From an uncultured Microbacteriaceae bacterium (GTDB lineage: Bacteria > Actinomycetota > Actinomycetes > Actinomycetales > Microbacteriaceae), in the NCBI GenBank assembly GCA_937872445.1, contig CALMSL010000193.1, positions 1,605 through 65,604 on the forward strand: 64,000 nucleotides of DNA. The letters are read 5' to 3'. The notes beneath the pieces were generated by a model, which did not search any database, had not been told where the DNA came from, and worked only from the letters and a program-made list of their open reading frames with translations. A program made the translations under genes and the position numbers. Shown here one piece after another: positions 53,279-64,000 of this stretch (within the stretch, counting starts at the first letter, position 1; each line of letters starts with the position of its first letter).

Positions 53279-54091
53279 CTACTTTCCGGCGTCCGCCCTG
53301 CGCAGCACCCCCGCGGCGTGGCGCAGCACCGGCTCATCCACCATCATGCCGTCGTAGCGGAACACGCCCTTGGCATCGGAGGCAGCGGCGATGACGCCCT
53401 GCGCCCACGCGAACTCCTCCGAACTTGGCCGATATGCATCGAGGATGACTGGCACCTGGTCAGGGTGGATGCACGCACTCGCGGCGAATCCGCTGGCCAT
53501 GGCGTCCTGCGCCTCAGCCGCCAGGCCCTCGGTGTCGTCGATCGCCACGTGCACGGCGTCGATGGCTGCCTTGTGGTGCGCGCCGGCGGCCAGGAGAACG
53601 GCGGCACGCGCGTGCCGCGCGACGTCCCGGTAGCGCCCGCCGGCATCGCGGCTCGACGTTCCGCCGAGCGAGGCGATGAGGTCCTCGGCGCCCCACATGA
53701 GCGCGACCACGGATTCGTGCGCCGCGAGGGACGGGGCGGCGAGCACGCCCGCGGCCGTCTCGCACAGGACGACGACGCGGTAGCCGTCCAGAGCCCTCAA
53801 GTGGGCGGGCGACTCCGCTTTGGCCAGCATGATGGTCCGGTATTCCGTGCGCTCGACGGCGGCAAGGTCGGCCGCGAAGTCCGCCGTGCCCGCCGGGTTG
53901 ATCCGCACGATCGTGGTCGCCGGATCGAGCTGGTGAGCCACGAGAGACTCTCGGGCTGCGGCCTTGTCCGAGTGCGCCACCGCATCCTCGAGGTCCAGAA
54001 TCACGGCCGGGGACCGTCCGGCCGCCTTGTCGTAGCGGTCGGGGCGGTCAGCGGGGCAAAACAGGAGCGCCGGCCCGAATTCGAAGATCAT
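53279..54091 (-). CDS. citE: HpcH/HpaI aldolase / citrate-lyase beta-like (CitE) acyl-CoA lyase
   Basis: 270 aa from the ATG at 54091, which overlaps the MaoC stop (ATGA). Motifs [19 protein letters not shown] and MWGAEDL. Confidence 0.85.
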   Translation of the reverse strand: MIFEFGPALLFCPADRPDRYDKAAGRSPAVILDLEDAVAHSDKAAARESLVAHQLDPATTIVRINPAGTADFAADLAAVERTEYRTIMLAKAESPAHLRALDGYRVVVLCETAAGVLAAPSLAAHESVVALMWGAEDLIASLGGTSSRDAGGRYRDVARHARAAVLLAAGAHHKAAIDAVHVAIDDTEGLAAEAQDAMASGFAASACIHPDQVPVILDAYRPSSEEFAWAQGVIAAASDAKGVFRYDGMMVDEPVLRHAAGVLRRADAGK

Positions 54092-54612
54092 TGCGCGGCA
54101 GACTCGCACCACACGAGCGCGCTCCTCAGCGCCGTGGCCACGACGACGCCGTCCTGATTCTTCGCCGTGTGCTCGAGGGTGACGATCCCCTGTCCCGGCC
54201 GCGACTTCGACAATCGGGCCGCGGTCACGACCGTCTCGGAGTACAGCGTGTCGCCGTGGAACACCGGATGCGGGAACACGACGTTCTCGAAGCCCAGATT
54301 CGCCACGATCGTCCCCTCCGTGAGTTGGGCCACCGAGCTGCCCACCATGGTGGACAGCGTGAGCATGGAGTTGACGAGACGCTGCCCGAACGGCTGGGTT
54401 GCCGACCACGCGGCATCCAGGTGCAGGGACTGGTTGTTCATCGTCATGGTCGTGAACAGCACGTTGTCGGCTTCCGTAATGGTGCGCCCCGGACGGTGCA
54501 GGTACCGGGTACCCACCTCGAATTCTTCGTAATACAGCCCGCGCTGGAGAACCTCCCGCCCAGGCTCGGCCGCCGTCTCCCGCGCAGTCGACTTCGTTGT
54601 CTCGTCCGTCAT
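54088..54612 (-). CDS. MaoC-family (R-specific) enoyl-CoA hydratase/dehydratase
   Basis: 174 aa hot-dog fold with [22 protein letters not shown]. Confidence 0.88.
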   Translation of the reverse strand: MTDETTKSTARETAAEPGREVLQRGLYYEEFEVGTRYLHRPGRTITEADNVLFTTMTMNNQSLHLDAAWSATQPFGQRLVNSMLTLSTMVGSSVAQLTEGTIVANLGFENVVFPHPVFHGDTLYSETVVTAARLSKSRPGQGIVTLEHTAKNQDGVVVATALRSALVWCESAAQ

Positions 54613-54637
54613 CGCGTCACCTTCCGGTAGTCACATG

Positions 54638-55804
54638 CTAGCCATCGAGCCCGAGGGCGCGCGCGATGATCATGAGCTGGACCTCATTGGTTCCCTCGCC
54701 GATTTCCAGAATTTTCGAATCGCGGTAGTGGCGCGCCACGAGGCTTTCATTCATGAACCCGTATCCGCCGAAAATCTGGGTCGCGTCCCGCGCGTTCAAC
54801 ATCGCGGCGTCGCTCGCGACGAGTTTGGCGATGGCCGCTTCCGTCTTGAACTCCAGCCCGGCGTCGCACCGGCGTGCCGCGTCGAACCACGCGAGCCTGG
54901 ACGTGTGGACTCTCGCCTGCATGTGGGCGATCGTGAACGCGATGAACTGGTGCCGGGCGATCGGGACGCCGAACACGTTGCGCGACTTCGCGTATTTCAC
55001 CGACTCCTCAAGGCAGCCTTCGGCCGCGCCCGTGGCGAGCGCCGCGACGGCGATCCTGCCTTCGTCGAGGGTGCGCAGGAAGTTCGCGAAGCCGCGGCTG
55101 CGCTCCCCCAGCAGGTTCGCTTCCGGCACGCGCACGTCGTCGAAGGTGAGCGGATGCGTGTCCGAGGCCCGCCAGCCGACCTTGTCGTAGGAGGGCTCCA
55201 CCGTGAAGCCCAAAGTGCCGTGCGGGACGATGATGGTGGAGAGCTCCTTCGTGACCGAGCCGTCCCTGCGCGTGCGCTCCCCCGTGACTGCGGCAACCGA
55301 GATGAACCGGGAGATCGGCGTTCCGGAGTTCGTGATGAACTGCTTCGAGCCGTTTACGATCCACTCGTCGCCGTCGAGAACGGCGGTGGTTCGCGTCGCG
55401 CCGGCATCCGACCCCGCTTCCGCCTCGGTGAGACCGAACCCAGCCAGCGCCTTTCCGGCCACGAGATCGGGAAGCCACTGGGCCTTTTGCTCGTCGGTGC
55501 CGTACCGGTAAACCGGCATGGCACCGAGCCCGATAGCGGCCTCGAGCGTGATCGCGATCGACTGGTCGACGCGCGCGATGGCCTCGATCGCGAGGCACAG
55601 CGCGAAGTAGTTCCCGCCCTGGCCGCCGTACTCCTCGGGGAACGGCAGGCCGAACAGCCCGAGGTCGCCCATCTGGGCCACAATGTCCATGGGCAGTTCG
55701 TGCTTCGTGTCCGCCTCATAGGATCGCGGGGCGACAACGGTGTCGGCGAAATCCTTCACCATCGCATACAGTTCGAGTTCTTCTTCGGCCAGATCGTGGT
55801 TCAT
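54638..55804 (-). CDS. Acyl-CoA dehydrogenase (isovaleryl-CoA dehydrogenase-like)
   Basis: 388 aa ACAD fold with the catalytic-Glu C-terminal region ([10 protein letters not shown]). Overlaps the accA-like gene by 4 nt. Confidence 0.9.
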   Translation of the reverse strand: MNHDLAEEELELYAMVKDFADTVVAPRSYEADTKHELPMDIVAQMGDLGLFGLPFPEEYGGQGGNYFALCLAIEAIARVDQSIAITLEAAIGLGAMPVYRYGTDEQKAQWLPDLVAGKALAGFGLTEAEAGSDAGATRTTAVLDGDEWIVNGSKQFITNSGTPISRFISVAAVTGERTRRDGSVTKELSTIIVPHGTLGFTVEPSYDKVGWRASDTHPLTFDDVRVPEANLLGERSRGFANFLRTLDEGRIAVAALATGAAEGCLEESVKYAKSRNVFGVPIARHQFIAFTIAHMQARVHTSRLAWFDAARRCDAGLEFKTEAAIAKLVASDAAMLNARDATQIFGGYGFMNESLVARHYRDSKILEIGEGTNEVQLMIIARALGLDG

Positions 55805-57813
55805 GGTGCTGCCTCCTCGGCGTCGGGGGAAATGGTCGCGAGAAGTTCCCCAAGCTTCACGAGGTCACCGGGGTGCGCTGAATGCTGCACCGTGCCTGCC
55901 ACCGGCGCCGCAAGTTTGTGCTCCATCTTCATCGCCTCGACTGTGAGGATGGTGTCCCCGGCGTCGACACTGCTTCCGCTGGCGACGGCCACCGCCACGA
56001 CGGTTCCCGGCATGGGTGAGCGGACTTCCGGACTCGACGGGCGGCTTTCCCGCTCGATCGCGGCGAGCTGCTCCCGCAGAAGTTCTTCGCGGCCGACCAG
56101 GCCGAGCGGCCAGCTGAACCCACCCTGACCGAGCCACAGGGTGTCGCCGTCCCGGGCGAACGACCAGACGGTCGATATTCCGTCGACCTCGACGACGTTT
56201 CCGACGAGGCGGCCCGTGTGCGGTGTCCCGTCCACCGTGAGCGACGCGCCGCTCACCGTGACCTCCACGCGATCGGTCGCGTTCGTGGCGAACCGGTACC
56301 GGCGGGGCACGGTCGCTCCGCCGATCCGCCAGCCCGCGGCCGCCTGCCACACCCCCGTGTCGCTCTCGCCCGAGTTCTCTGCCAGCCACAGTGCCGCCGC
56401 GCACAGCAGCGCAGCATCCGGCTGCCGGAACTCGAGTTCGGGAAGCCGTCTCTCGATGAGGGTCGTGTCGAGTCGGGCGGCAACGACATCCGGGTCGGAA
56501 AGGAGCGCGCGCAGGTATTCGATGTTCGTGCGGACCCCGAGCACCGTGGTGTCGGCGAGCGCGCGATCCAGGCGGGAGAGGGCCTGATCGCGGGATGTGC
56601 CCCACGCAATGACTTTCGCGAGCATCGGGTCGTAGCTCGGCGACACGACGAGACCGTCGATGAGCGCGCTGTCGACGCGGATGCCCTCCCCCACGGCCTC
56701 ACGCAGGGCGAGCACGGTTCCCGTGCTGGGGAGGAACCCGTTCTCGGGGTCCTCGGCGTACAGTCGCGCCTCGACCGCGTGGCCGGTCAGGGTGACGTCG
56801 GACTGGGAGATCGTGAGCGTCTCGCCGGCCGCGACGCGCAGCTGCCAGGCGACGAGATCGATGCCGGTCACAAGTTCCGTCACGGGGTGCTCAACCTGAA
56901 GCCTCGTGTTCATCTCCATGAAGAAGAAGTCGTCCGGCGCATCGTCGGAGACGAGGAATTCGACGGTGCCCGCCCCGACGTAGTCGACGCTGCGCGCCAC
57001 GGTGCACGCGGCCTCGCCGATCCTGGCGCGCGTCTCCTCGCTCAGCAAAGCGGACGGCGCCTCCTCGATGACCTTCTGGTGCCGGCGCTGGAGCGAACAC
57101 TCCCGTTCGCCCAGGTGGATCACGTTTCCGTGGGCGTCGGCGAGCAGTTGCACCTCGATATGCCGCGGGGAGGTGACGAGTTGCTCGAGAAGGAGCGTGT
57201 CGTCACCGAAAGCGGAAGCCGCGACCCGGCGTGCCGTGACGAGCGCATCCGCCAGCTCCGATTCCTCGAATACCGGCTCCATCCCCTTGCCGCCTCCACC
57301 GGCGGACGGCTTGATGAGGATGGGGAATCCGAGCTCGACTGCTGCAGCGTGCAATTCCGCTTCGCTCAGCCCCGGCGACGACACCCCGCGGATCACCGGG
57401 ACGCCGGCGCCGGACACGTGCTCCTTCGCCCGGATCTTGTCGCCCATGAGTGCGAGAGCCTCAGTTCCTGGGCCGACGAACACGATTCCCGCCTCGTCGC
57501 ACGCTCGCGCGAAGTCGGCGTTTTCGGAGAGGAATCCGTAGCCGGGGTGAATCGCGTTCGCCCCGACCTGCCGTGCCGCCTCGATGATCGCGGCGATGTT
57601 CAGGTAGCTCTCCCGCGGCGCCGCCGGCCCGATGTGCACGGCGGCGTCCGCCTCGCGCACGTGCCTGGCATCCCGATCCGCGTCGCTGTACACCGCCACG
57701 GAGCGGATGCCGAGCTCGCGAAGCGTGCGGATCACCCGGCACGCGATCTCGCCGCGATTGGCCACGAGCACGGTGCCGAACGGGGGTGCGGTGTCGACGG
57801 GCATTCCCATCAC
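55801..57813 (-). CDS. Biotin-dependent acyl-CoA carboxylase alpha subunit (BC+BCCP; methylcrotonyl-CoA carboxylase-like)
   Basis: 670 aa with an ATP-grasp biotin carboxylase N-terminus and the biotinylation motif EAMKME near the C-terminus. Confidence 0.92.
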   Translation of the reverse strand: MMGMPVDTAPPFGTVLVANRGEIACRVIRTLRELGIRSVAVYSDADRDARHVREADAAVHIGPAAPRESYLNIAAIIEAARQVGANAIHPGYGFLSENADFARACDEAGIVFVGPGTEALALMGDKIRAKEHVSGAGVPVIRGVSSPGLSEAELHAAAVELGFPILIKPSAGGGGKGMEPVFEESELADALVTARRVAASAFGDDTLLLEQLVTSPRHIEVQLLADAHGNVIHLGERECSLQRRHQKVIEEAPSALLSEETRARIGEAACTVARSVDYVGAGTVEFLVSDDAPDDFFFMEMNTRLQVEHPVTELVTGIDLVAWQLRVAAGETLTISQSDVTLTGHAVEARLYAEDPENGFLPSTGTVLALREAVGEGIRVDSALIDGLVVSPSYDPMLAKVIAWGTSRDQALSRLDRALADTTVLGVRTNIEYLRALLSDPDVVAARLDTTLIERRLPELEFRQPDAALLCAAALWLAENSGESDTGVWQAAAGWRIGGATVPRRYRFATNATDRVEVTVSGASLTVDGTPHTGRLVGNVVEVDGISTVWSFARDGDTLWLGQGGFSWPLGLVGREELLREQLAAIERESRPSSPEVRSPMPGTVVAVAVASGSSVDAGDTILTVEAMKMEHKLAAPVAGTVQHSAHPGDLVKLGELLATISPDAEEAAP

Positions 57814-59417
57814 ATCCGGAACAGGCCGAAGGCCGGGTCGGGAAGCGGCGTGTGGGACGCCACGGCGAGGGCGAGGCCCAGCACCGTGCGCGTGTCTTGG
57901 GGGTCGATGATCCCGTCATCCCACAGCCGCGCGGTGGAGTAGTACGGGCTCCCCTGCGCTTCGTACTGTTCCGCGATGGGGGCCTTGAACGCGGCCTCAT
58001 CTTCGGCCGACCACTCTTCCCCGCGCCCCTCCAGCTGCTCGCGTCGGATGGTCGCCAGCACGCTGGACGCCTGCGGCCCGCCCATGACGGAGATGCGGCT
58101 TGCTGGCCACATCCAGAGGAATCGCGGGCTGTACGCACGGCCGCACATGGAATAGTTTCCGGCGCCGAAGGAGCCGCCGATCACGACGGTGAATTTGGGG
58201 ACGCGGGTGGTGGCGACCGCCGTGACCATCTTCGCGCCGTCCTTCGCGATGCCCCCGGCCTCGGCGTCCTTGCCGACCATGAATCCGGAGATGTTCTGCA
58301 GGAACACGAGCGGCACTCCCCGCTGGTCGCACAGTTCGATGAAGTGGGCACCTTTGAGCGCGGATTCGCTGAACAGGATGCCGTTATTGGCGACGATCCC
58401 GACCGGATGACCGTGGATGCGCGCGAAACCGGTCACGAGTGTCGTTCCGTATTCGCGCTTGAATTCGTGGAATTCGCTCGCATCCACGAGCCGGGCGATC
58501 ACTTCGCGCACGTCGTAACTGCCCTGCACGTCGACGGGCACGGCACCGTAGAGTTCCTCCGGTGCCACGGCCGGTTCGCGGTGGGCACGCACGTCCCATG
58601 CCGGGGCGGGCGGGGCGGGCAGTGTCGAGACGATGTCCCGCACGATCTGGAGCGCATGCTCGTCGTTCTCGGCGAGATGGTCGGTGACCCCGGATTCCCG
58701 CGAGTGCAGTTCGCCTCCGCCCAGATCCTCCGCTGTGACGATTTCGCCGATCGCGGCCTTCACGAGCGGGGGCCCGCCGAGGAAGATCGTGCCCTGGTTG
58801 CGCACGATGACGGTCTCGTCGCTCATCGCCGGCACGTACGCGCCGCCCGCCGTGGAGGAGCCGAGCACGGCGGCGATCTGCGGGATCCCCTCCGCCGACA
58901 TCCGCGCCTGATTGTAGAAAATGCGCCCGAAGTGATCGCGATCCGGGAACACCTCATCCTGTTTCGGCAGGAACGCGCCGCCGGAGTCGACGAGGTAGAT
59001 GCACGGCAGGCGGTTTTCGCGGGCGATCTCCTGCGCCCGCAAGTGCTTCTTCACCGTCAACGGGTAGTACGTGCCGCCCTTGACGGTCGCGTCATTCGCG
59101 ACCACCATGACGTGGCGACCGTGCACGAGGCCTATCCCCGCGACGAGTCCCGCCCCGGGAGAATCGTTGTCGTACAGGTCGTGCGCGGCAAGGGGCGCCA
59201 CCTCGAGAAACGGGCTTGAGTCGTCCAGCAGCCGATTGACGCGGTCGCGGGGCAGCAGCTTTCCGCGCGCGACGTGCCGCTCGCGGGATTTCTCCGGACC
59301 GCCCAGCGCGGTCGCGCTCAGGCGCTCGTTCAGTTCGGCGACGAGCGCGCGCTGCGCAGCGTCATTCGCCCGAAAGCTCTCGCTGCCGGTATCGAGTGCG
59401 CTGCTCAGGGTCTCCAT
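57810..59417 (-). CDS. Acyl-CoA carboxylase beta subunit (carboxyltransferase; methylcrotonyl-CoA carboxylase-like)
   Basis: 535 aa carboxyl transferase domain, first gene of the cluster. Confidence 0.92.
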   Translation of the reverse strand: METLSSALDTGSESFRANDAAQRALVAELNERLSATALGGPEKSRERHVARGKLLPRDRVNRLLDDSSPFLEVAPLAAHDLYDNDSPGAGLVAGIGLVHGRHVMVVANDATVKGGTYYPLTVKKHLRAQEIARENRLPCIYLVDSGGAFLPKQDEVFPDRDHFGRIFYNQARMSAEGIPQIAAVLGSSTAGGAYVPAMSDETVIVRNQGTIFLGGPPLVKAAIGEIVTAEDLGGGELHSRESGVTDHLAENDEHALQIVRDIVSTLPAPPAPAWDVRAHREPAVAPEELYGAVPVDVQGSYDVREVIARLVDASEFHEFKREYGTTLVTGFARIHGHPVGIVANNGILFSESALKGAHFIELCDQRGVPLVFLQNISGFMVGKDAEAGGIAKDGAKMVTAVATTRVPKFTVVIGGSFGAGNYSMCGRAYSPRFLWMWPASRISVMGGPQASSVLATIRREQLEGRGEEWSAEDEAAFKAPIAEQYEAQGSPYYSTARLWDDGIIDPQDTRTVLGLALAVASHTPLPDPAFGLFRM

Positions 59418-59500
59418 CGGCGACTCCCGCTTCGTGGGCTGGTTCGTGGACTGCTTGTGGTGCGGATGACACTGGGGCTAGTGTTGCCCCGTGGAAACTA

Positions 59501-59518
59501 GGTTAGTGATCGCTAACC
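59501..59518. promoter_or_regulatory. TetR operator candidate GGTTAGTGA-TCGCTAACC
   Basis: 18-bp dyad (8/9 arms) in the 126-nt divergent region between the carboxylase cluster and the TetR gene. Confidence 0.45.
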
Positions 59519-59543
59519 GATTTGTCTATGGGCGGGAACGACG

Positions 59544-60119
59544 ATGAGCGTATCGACCTCGCGCAGCGCCGCGAAAGCGAGCCGCCGCGCCGCGCTCCTC
59601 TCCGCTGCGGCACGCCTGTTCGCCGAGCGCGGCTACGCCGGCACGTCCATCGAAGATCTCGGCGCCCAGGCGGGCGTGAGCGGCCCCGCCCTGTACAAGC
59701 ATTTCGCCGGCAAACAGGCGATCCTCGCGGCAATTCTTCTCGACGCGAGCAGCGGGCTGTACTCCGGCGGGCTCGACGTCGTGTCGCGCAGGCGCGGGAG
59801 CGACGCGGTGGCGTCGCTCGTGGCATTCCACGTCGCGTTCGCGCTCGACAACGCCGACGTCATCCGCATCCAGGATCGCGACCTCGAACAACTTGCTGAA
59901 GGCGACCTGCACGCGGTGCGCATGCTCCAGCGGCGCTACGTCGAGCTGTGGGTCGATGTGCTTGCCGAACTGCAACCGGATATCGACCCCGCCGTGCTGC
60001 GCACGCGCGCGCACGCGGTGTTCGGGCTGCTGAACTCGACCCCGCACAGCGGACTGGCCGTGGACCGCGCCACGCTGCGCGCGGAACTCGAGCGCATGGC
60101 CCTGAACGCGCTCGCCTGA
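59544..60119 (+). CDS. TetR/AcrR-family transcriptional regulator (divergent from the carboxylase cluster)
   Basis: 191 aa with HTH LFAERGYAGTSIEDLGAQAGVSGPALYKHFAGKQAIL. Confidence 0.9.
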   Translation: MSVSTSRSAAKASRRAALLSAAARLFAERGYAGTSIEDLGAQAGVSGPALYKHFAGKQAILAAILLDASSGLYSGGLDVVSRRRGSDAVASLVAFHVAFALDNADVIRIQDRDLEQLAEGDLHAVRMLQRRYVELWVDVLAELQPDIDPAVLRTRAHAVFGLLNSTPHSGLAVDRATLRAELERMALNALA

Positions 60120-60153
60120 CGCGCGCCCGCGGCCAGCAGGGCGGGTCCCCGCG

Positions 60154-61272
60154 TCAGGGCAGCGGGTTGGCCGCGAGCCCCTCCGTGCTCAACAGAACGA
60201 CGACGGCGTCCTCCGCCAGTCCGAGGCGGCCGCGCACGTGCGCATCCGAAAAGACGGCGCGCGCTCCGACGAGCGCCGATGCGCCGCACGGCCCCACGTC
60301 GCGCCCGAGTTCGGTCAGCTCAGCGACGGCGTCCCGAACGCTTGGGTCCTCGACCGCGACGGCCGCATCGAGCCCGTCGCGCAGCGCGGGCCAGGCGATC
60401 CGGGATGTCGTTCCCGTGCACAGCCCGGTCATGATCGACCCCGCAGAGGTGTCGACGGAGCGGAGTTCGCCGGCGTGCAGGGAGGCGAGAACGCACGCGG
60501 CGGCGGTCGGTTCGACGCACACGATCGCGGGACGCGACGGCGACACGCCTCGGTAGTACTCGATGGCGGCCTGGATCAGGGACCCCACCCCGGTGGGGAC
60601 GAACACGATATCCGGCGCGGCATCGAGCGCGGCGAGCTGTTCGTCGATCTCCGAGAACAGCGTCGTGTAGCCCTCGACGATCCATCGCGGCACCTGGTCG
60701 TATCCGGGCCAGGAGGTGTCCTGGATGAGCAGGTCGGAATCCTGATCCGCCACCGACGCTGCGGCGGTGAGCACGACGTCGTCGTACTCCGCGTCGCACT
60801 CGATGAGCTCTGCCCCCTCCGATCGGATGCCGGCGCGCGCGGCCTGGCTGACCCCCTTCGGCGTGTACACCCGGGCCGGGATACCCAGCAGGCGGGCCAT
60901 GTGCGCGACCGCGCGACCGTGGTTGCCGTCCGTCGCGGTCACGAGGGTCACCGACGCATCGCCCACCGATTCGCGCAGCGCCTCCAGGGAAACAGCCTCG
61001 AGACCCACGCCGAAACGCAGTGCGAGCGCTCTGGCAACCGCCCAGGATGCGCCGAGGATCTTGAACGCGGGCAATCCCAGCCGCTGCGACTCGTCCTTCA
61101 CGAACACGCGGCCGACGCCAAGCTCGGCGGCGACCGCGGGCACCTCGACGAGCGGCGACATCCGGTAGCCGTCAAGCGTGCGATGGAATGCCCGCGCGGA
61201 CGCGATCCGTTCGGGTGCGGTCCATTCGCGGGCTCCCGAATGGGTGAACGGCGCAAGATCGGAGGTGGTCAT
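60154..61272 (-). CDS. Diaminopropionate ammonia-lyase (PLP-dependent)
   Basis: Motifs FVKDESQRLGLPAFKILG (PLP Lys) and TATDGNHGRAVA. The ATG at 61272 is taken as the start (the ORF runs to TTG at 61284). Confidence 0.85.
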   Translation of the reverse strand: MTTSDLAPFTHSGAREWTAPERIASARAFHRTLDGYRMSPLVEVPAVAAELGVGRVFVKDESQRLGLPAFKILGASWAVARALALRFGVGLEAVSLEALRESVGDASVTLVTATDGNHGRAVAHMARLLGIPARVYTPKGVSQAARAGIRSEGAELIECDAEYDDVVLTAAASVADQDSDLLIQDTSWPGYDQVPRWIVEGYTTLFSEIDEQLAALDAAPDIVFVPTGVGSLIQAAIEYYRGVSPSRPAIVCVEPTAAACVLASLHAGELRSVDTSAGSIMTGLCTGTTSRIAWPALRDGLDAAVAVEDPSVRDAVAELTELGRDVGPCGASALVGARAVFSDAHVRGRLGLAEDAVVVLLSTEGLAANPLP

Positions 61273-61316
61273 GGGTCCATCCAATCAGACGAGCTCGAGA
61301 CGGGTAGCCTAGGCTC

Positions 61317-62579
61317 GTGCAGACCGACCCCGCGCTGAACCCCCCGCGCGACCGCACCCCGCTCGGTGCGTCGTTCTGGAAGCTCCTCACCTCCGCCGGT
61401 CTGTCGAATCTGGCCGACGGCATTGTCAAGCTCGCGCTGCCGCTCGTCGCGATCCGGTACACGCAGGAGCCCGTGCTCATCGCCGGCTTGAGCCTCGTGC
61501 TGTCGCTGCCCTGGCTCGTGTTCGCGCTCCAGGCCGGCGCGCTCGCCGACCGGCTGGACCGCAGGAAAATCATGCTCGCCGCAAACATCGCGCGGGCCGT
61601 GCTTCTCGCGGCTGTTGCCGCCGCCGTCGCGGTGGGCATCGAGTCGATCTGGGTGCTGTACGCGGTCGCGTTCTGCATCGGCACGACGGAGACGCTGTAC
61701 GACACCTCGTCGCAGTCGATCCTGCCGCAGATCGTGAAACGCACCCAGCTTTCCCGCGCGAACGGCAGGCTGTACACGGCCGAAATGACGGCGAACCAGT
61801 TCATTGGCCCTCCCCTGGGCGGAGTCCTCGTCGCCGCGGGCGCCGTGGTCGCCTTCGCGGTTCCGGCGGGCTTGTGGATCGTCGCGGTCGGCATGCTGTT
61901 CCTCGTGCGCGGCGACTTCCGCGTCGTACGGGATGCCCCCGCCTCGATGCGGTCGGAAATCATGGTCGGCCTGCGCTTCCTGTGGAAGACCACTGTGCTG
62001 CGCAGCCTCGCATTCATGACCGGCGTGTTCAACCTCACCGCAAGCGCCGTGTTCGCGATCTTCGTGCTGTACGCGGCGGGCCCGGACTCCGCGATGAAGC
62101 TCACCGATGCGCAGGTCGGGCTCCTGTTCACGACCACCGCCATCGGGAGCCTGATCGGCTCGTTCCTTGCCGAACGCATCGAACACGCGATCGGGCGTTC
62201 GCGGTCCCTCATTTTCGCGACGCTCGGCGGCGCCGTCCTCATCATCACGCCGGCGTTCACCGCCAACGTGTTCATTGTCGGCGCCGCCTTCATGGTCGGA
62301 GGTCTCGGGGTCGTCGTGTGGAACGTCGTGGCCGTGTCGCTGCGCCAGACCATTACGCCGGATGCCCTGCTCGGGCGCGTGAACAGCGGCTACCGGCTGC
62401 TAGCCTGGGGGACGATGCCGCTCGGCGCAGCGATCGGCGGGCTCCTCGGCCAGTTCCTCGGTCTGCCCCCGGTTTTCCTGATCATGGGAGTGGCAACCCT
62501 CGGCATCCTCGGGTTCATGGTCACCCTGACCGACCGCGCCATGAACGACGCGGTGCACGCTGCCCAGGAGCAGTCGTGA
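61317..62579 (+). CDS. MFS transporter
   Basis: 420 aa with a GTG start, 12 predicted TM helices and the motif GALADRLDRRKIM. Confidence 0.9.
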   Translation: MQTDPALNPPRDRTPLGASFWKLLTSAGLSNLADGIVKLALPLVAIRYTQEPVLIAGLSLVLSLPWLVFALQAGALADRLDRRKIMLAANIARAVLLAAVAAAVAVGIESIWVLYAVAFCIGTTETLYDTSSQSILPQIVKRTQLSRANGRLYTAEMTANQFIGPPLGGVLVAAGAVVAFAVPAGLWIVAVGMLFLVRGDFRVVRDAPASMRSEIMVGLRFLWKTTVLRSLAFMTGVFNLTASAVFAIFVLYAAGPDSAMKLTDAQVGLLFTTTAIGSLIGSFLAERIEHAIGRSRSLIFATLGGAVLIITPAFTANVFIVGAAFMVGGLGVVVWNVVAVSLRQTITPDALLGRVNSGYRLLAWGTMPLGAAIGGLLGQFLGLPPVFLIMGVATLGILGFMVTLTDRAMNDAVHAAQEQS

Positions 62580-63100
62580 GTTCCGCTCCGTCCCGCTCCC
62601 GCCGCCCGGTTCTGCTGATCGCGATCGCGGCCGCTCTCGTTGCCGCGGCGGTGGTCCTCGTCGTGAGCCTTGTCGCTTCCCCGTCGCGCCCGCACGGCAA
62701 CTACTCGGTCACCGACAACGCCGTGACGATCGACGCGGCACCCGTCGGCAACCTCGGGACGATTCTCGTGAGCGACCAGGGGTTTGCGCTGTACATGTTC
62801 CCGCCGGACGAGCAACGGGCAGTGACGTGCGTCGACCGATGTGCGCTGAATTGGCCGCCCGTGATCGTTCCGGATGGCGCGCGAGTGGCCGCGGGAGCGG
62901 GCGTCGATCCGGCGCTGCTGTCCACGACTACCGATCGCGACGGCAACAAGGTTGCGACGTACCACGGATGGCCGCTGTACCTGTTTGCCGGGGATGTCGC
63001 CGCGGGCACCGCCACCGGACAGAACCAGTACCTGGACGGCGGATACTGGTATGTGATCCGCCCGAGCGGCGACGTCGTCAAGCCCGGCCCGCAGCAGTAG
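62576..63100 (+). CDS. Secreted/membrane-anchored protein of the COG4315 (Yx[FWY]xxD-motif lipoprotein-like) family
   Basis: The GTG at 62576 overlaps the MFS stop (GTGA) and follows AGGAG. N-terminal TM helix, then LYMFPPDE...CALNWPP...TYHGWPLYLFAGD repeats. Confidence 0.8.
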   Translation: MSSAPSRSRRPVLLIAIAAALVAAAVVLVVSLVASPSRPHGNYSVTDNAVTIDAAPVGNLGTILVSDQGFALYMFPPDEQRAVTCVDRCALNWPPVIVPDGARVAAGAGVDPALLSTTTDRDGNKVATYHGWPLYLFAGDVAAGTATGQNQYLDGGYWYVIRPSGDVVKPGPQQ

Positions 63101-63124
63101 CGCGTCTCGCCCTAGGGTGAAGGC

Positions 63125-63916
63125 ATGGCACATCGGTCACAACCACTGCGCGTCGCCGTTCTCGGGATGGGCGCCATCGGAACCGCCGTCGCGGCCGCTC
63201 TCGCATCCGGAGAGGTGCAGAACGCGCGCCTGGCGGGAGTCATCGTGCGGCGCCCCGACGCGAGCGGATCCCCGGCATTTCCGATCATCGGTCTCGACGA
63301 CGCACTTCGCTCGAGCGATCTCGTCGCGGAGTGCGCCGGCGTTCCCGCCGTGCGGGTCGAAGGCGTACGGGTGATCGAGGCCGGCGTGGACCTGCTGGTT
63401 TCTTCCGTCGGCGCGCTCGTGGACGAACCGTTCCGAAAGCGAATGCTGGCTCAGGGGCCGGGGAGGTGCTTCACGACCTCGGGGGCGGTCGGCGGACTGG
63501 ACGTGCTGTCCGCGGCATCCCGAGGTGGCGGACTGTCCGCCGCGCAGCTCGTCACCACCAAGGCGCCCGCGGCTGTGGTGCAGGAGTGGATGAGCGGGGA
63601 ACAACGGCGCACCCTGCTGGAGGCGGCGGGCCCCATCACCGCGTTCAGCGGAAACGTGAAGGATGCCATCGACCTGTTCCCGCGCTCGCTCAACATCGCG
63701 GCCGCGATCGCGCTCGCCACGGACCTCTGGGATGAGCTCGTCGTCACCATGGTCGCCGACCCGAATGCCGCACTGACCACGCACGCGGTGAGCGCCTCGG
63801 GCACCTCGGGCGACTACGAATTCACGATCCGCAATCGACCGCACCCGCGCAACCCGGCAACGAGCGGGGTGGTTCCGGCCGCCGTCCTCAACGACATCGA
63901 GCGCCTCGCACGCTGA
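63125..63916 (+). CDS. Aspartate dehydrogenase domain protein (NadX-like)
   Basis: 263 aa with Rossmann motif VAVLGMGAIGTAVA and a C-terminal NPATSGVV region. Confidence 0.8.
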   Translation: MAHRSQPLRVAVLGMGAIGTAVAAALASGEVQNARLAGVIVRRPDASGSPAFPIIGLDDALRSSDLVAECAGVPAVRVEGVRVIEAGVDLLVSSVGALVDEPFRKRMLAQGPGRCFTTSGAVGGLDVLSAASRGGGLSAAQLVTTKAPAAVVQEWMSGEQRRTLLEAAGPITAFSGNVKDAIDLFPRSLNIAAAIALATDLWDELVVTMVADPNAALTTHAVSASGTSGDYEFTIRNRPHPRNPATSGVVPAAVLNDIERLAR

Positions 63917-63938
63917 CCGACCGTGGCCGGCCCGGCGA

Positions 63939-64000
63939 TCAGACCATGGTCAGCAGCACGGCGGGGTTCGCCAGAATCGCACCAACATCTGCGAGGAATC
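63939..64000 (-). CDS. 3' end of an unidentified CDS running off the window
   Basis: The reverse strand reads ...FLADVGAILANPAVLLTMV* with the stop at 63941-63939. Only 20 codons are visible. Confidence 0.25.
   Translation of the reverse strand, partial: FLADVGAILANPAVLLTMV

Overview
This is a ~70% G+C actinobacterial chromosome segment. G+C figures here are hand-counted from single 60-nt lines: ~72% in argH, against 42-52% in the two islands described below. Gene order closely follows the conserved Mycobacterium/Corynebacterium core blocks. The overall flavour is Micrococcales/Microbacteriaceae-like, which cannot be proven from the sequence alone.

I call 69 protein-coding genes, about three quarters of them on the minus strand. 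Many are translationally coupled by ATGA, GTGA, TTGA or TAATG overlaps. In window order they are:
- a SatD-like regulator with its membrane partner
- mpg coupled to argH, at the end of the arg operon argCJBDF-GH (no argR)
- a DUF937 protein
- pheST directly behind a GluABCD-like ABC transporter
- a TrmH-family methyltransferase
- infC (ATC start)-rpmI-rplT, then DUF1844 and SseB
- hisC-hisB-hisH-priA
- a LysM protein divergent from lexA
- hflX and an RsmC-like methyltransferase
- dapF-miaA-miaB
- recX-recA-DUF3046 and clgR
- cinA-pgsA-ftsK
- rnj-dapA, then thyX, osmC and dapB
- an M16 peptidase, a TetR regulator, an aldo/keto reductase and a PEBP protein
- ArsR-SulP
- a leucine-catabolic accD1-accA1-fadE-MaoC-citE cluster with a divergent TetR
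- DAP ammonia-lyase, an MFS transporter, and an Asp-dehydrogenase-like protein

I saw no rRNA, tRNA or CRISPR array.

Three spots do not look like core genome:
1. A 1.25-kb low-GC insertion between dapA and thyX (42734-44028). It carries one wHTH-DUF559 nuclease-fold gene. It is bracketed by a perfect 21-bp duplication of the thyX 3' end and by six copies of an invariant TGCAGGAC repeat. I consider this the most novel candidate: a DUF559-borne mobile or homing element.
2. A 1.3-kb low-GC two-gene island (1331-2623). It encodes a secreted Cys-containing protein with a very hydrophobic C-terminus plus a 75-aa two-TM protein, a possible toxin/immunity pair.
3. A ~220-nt hairpin-dense non-coding stretch upstream of a TetR gene (48750-48955) that I could not assign to any RNA family.

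Several operator-like dyads, SOS boxes and a RecA-NDp-like promoter are also reported. All coordinates and motifs were read by eye, and no searches were run.
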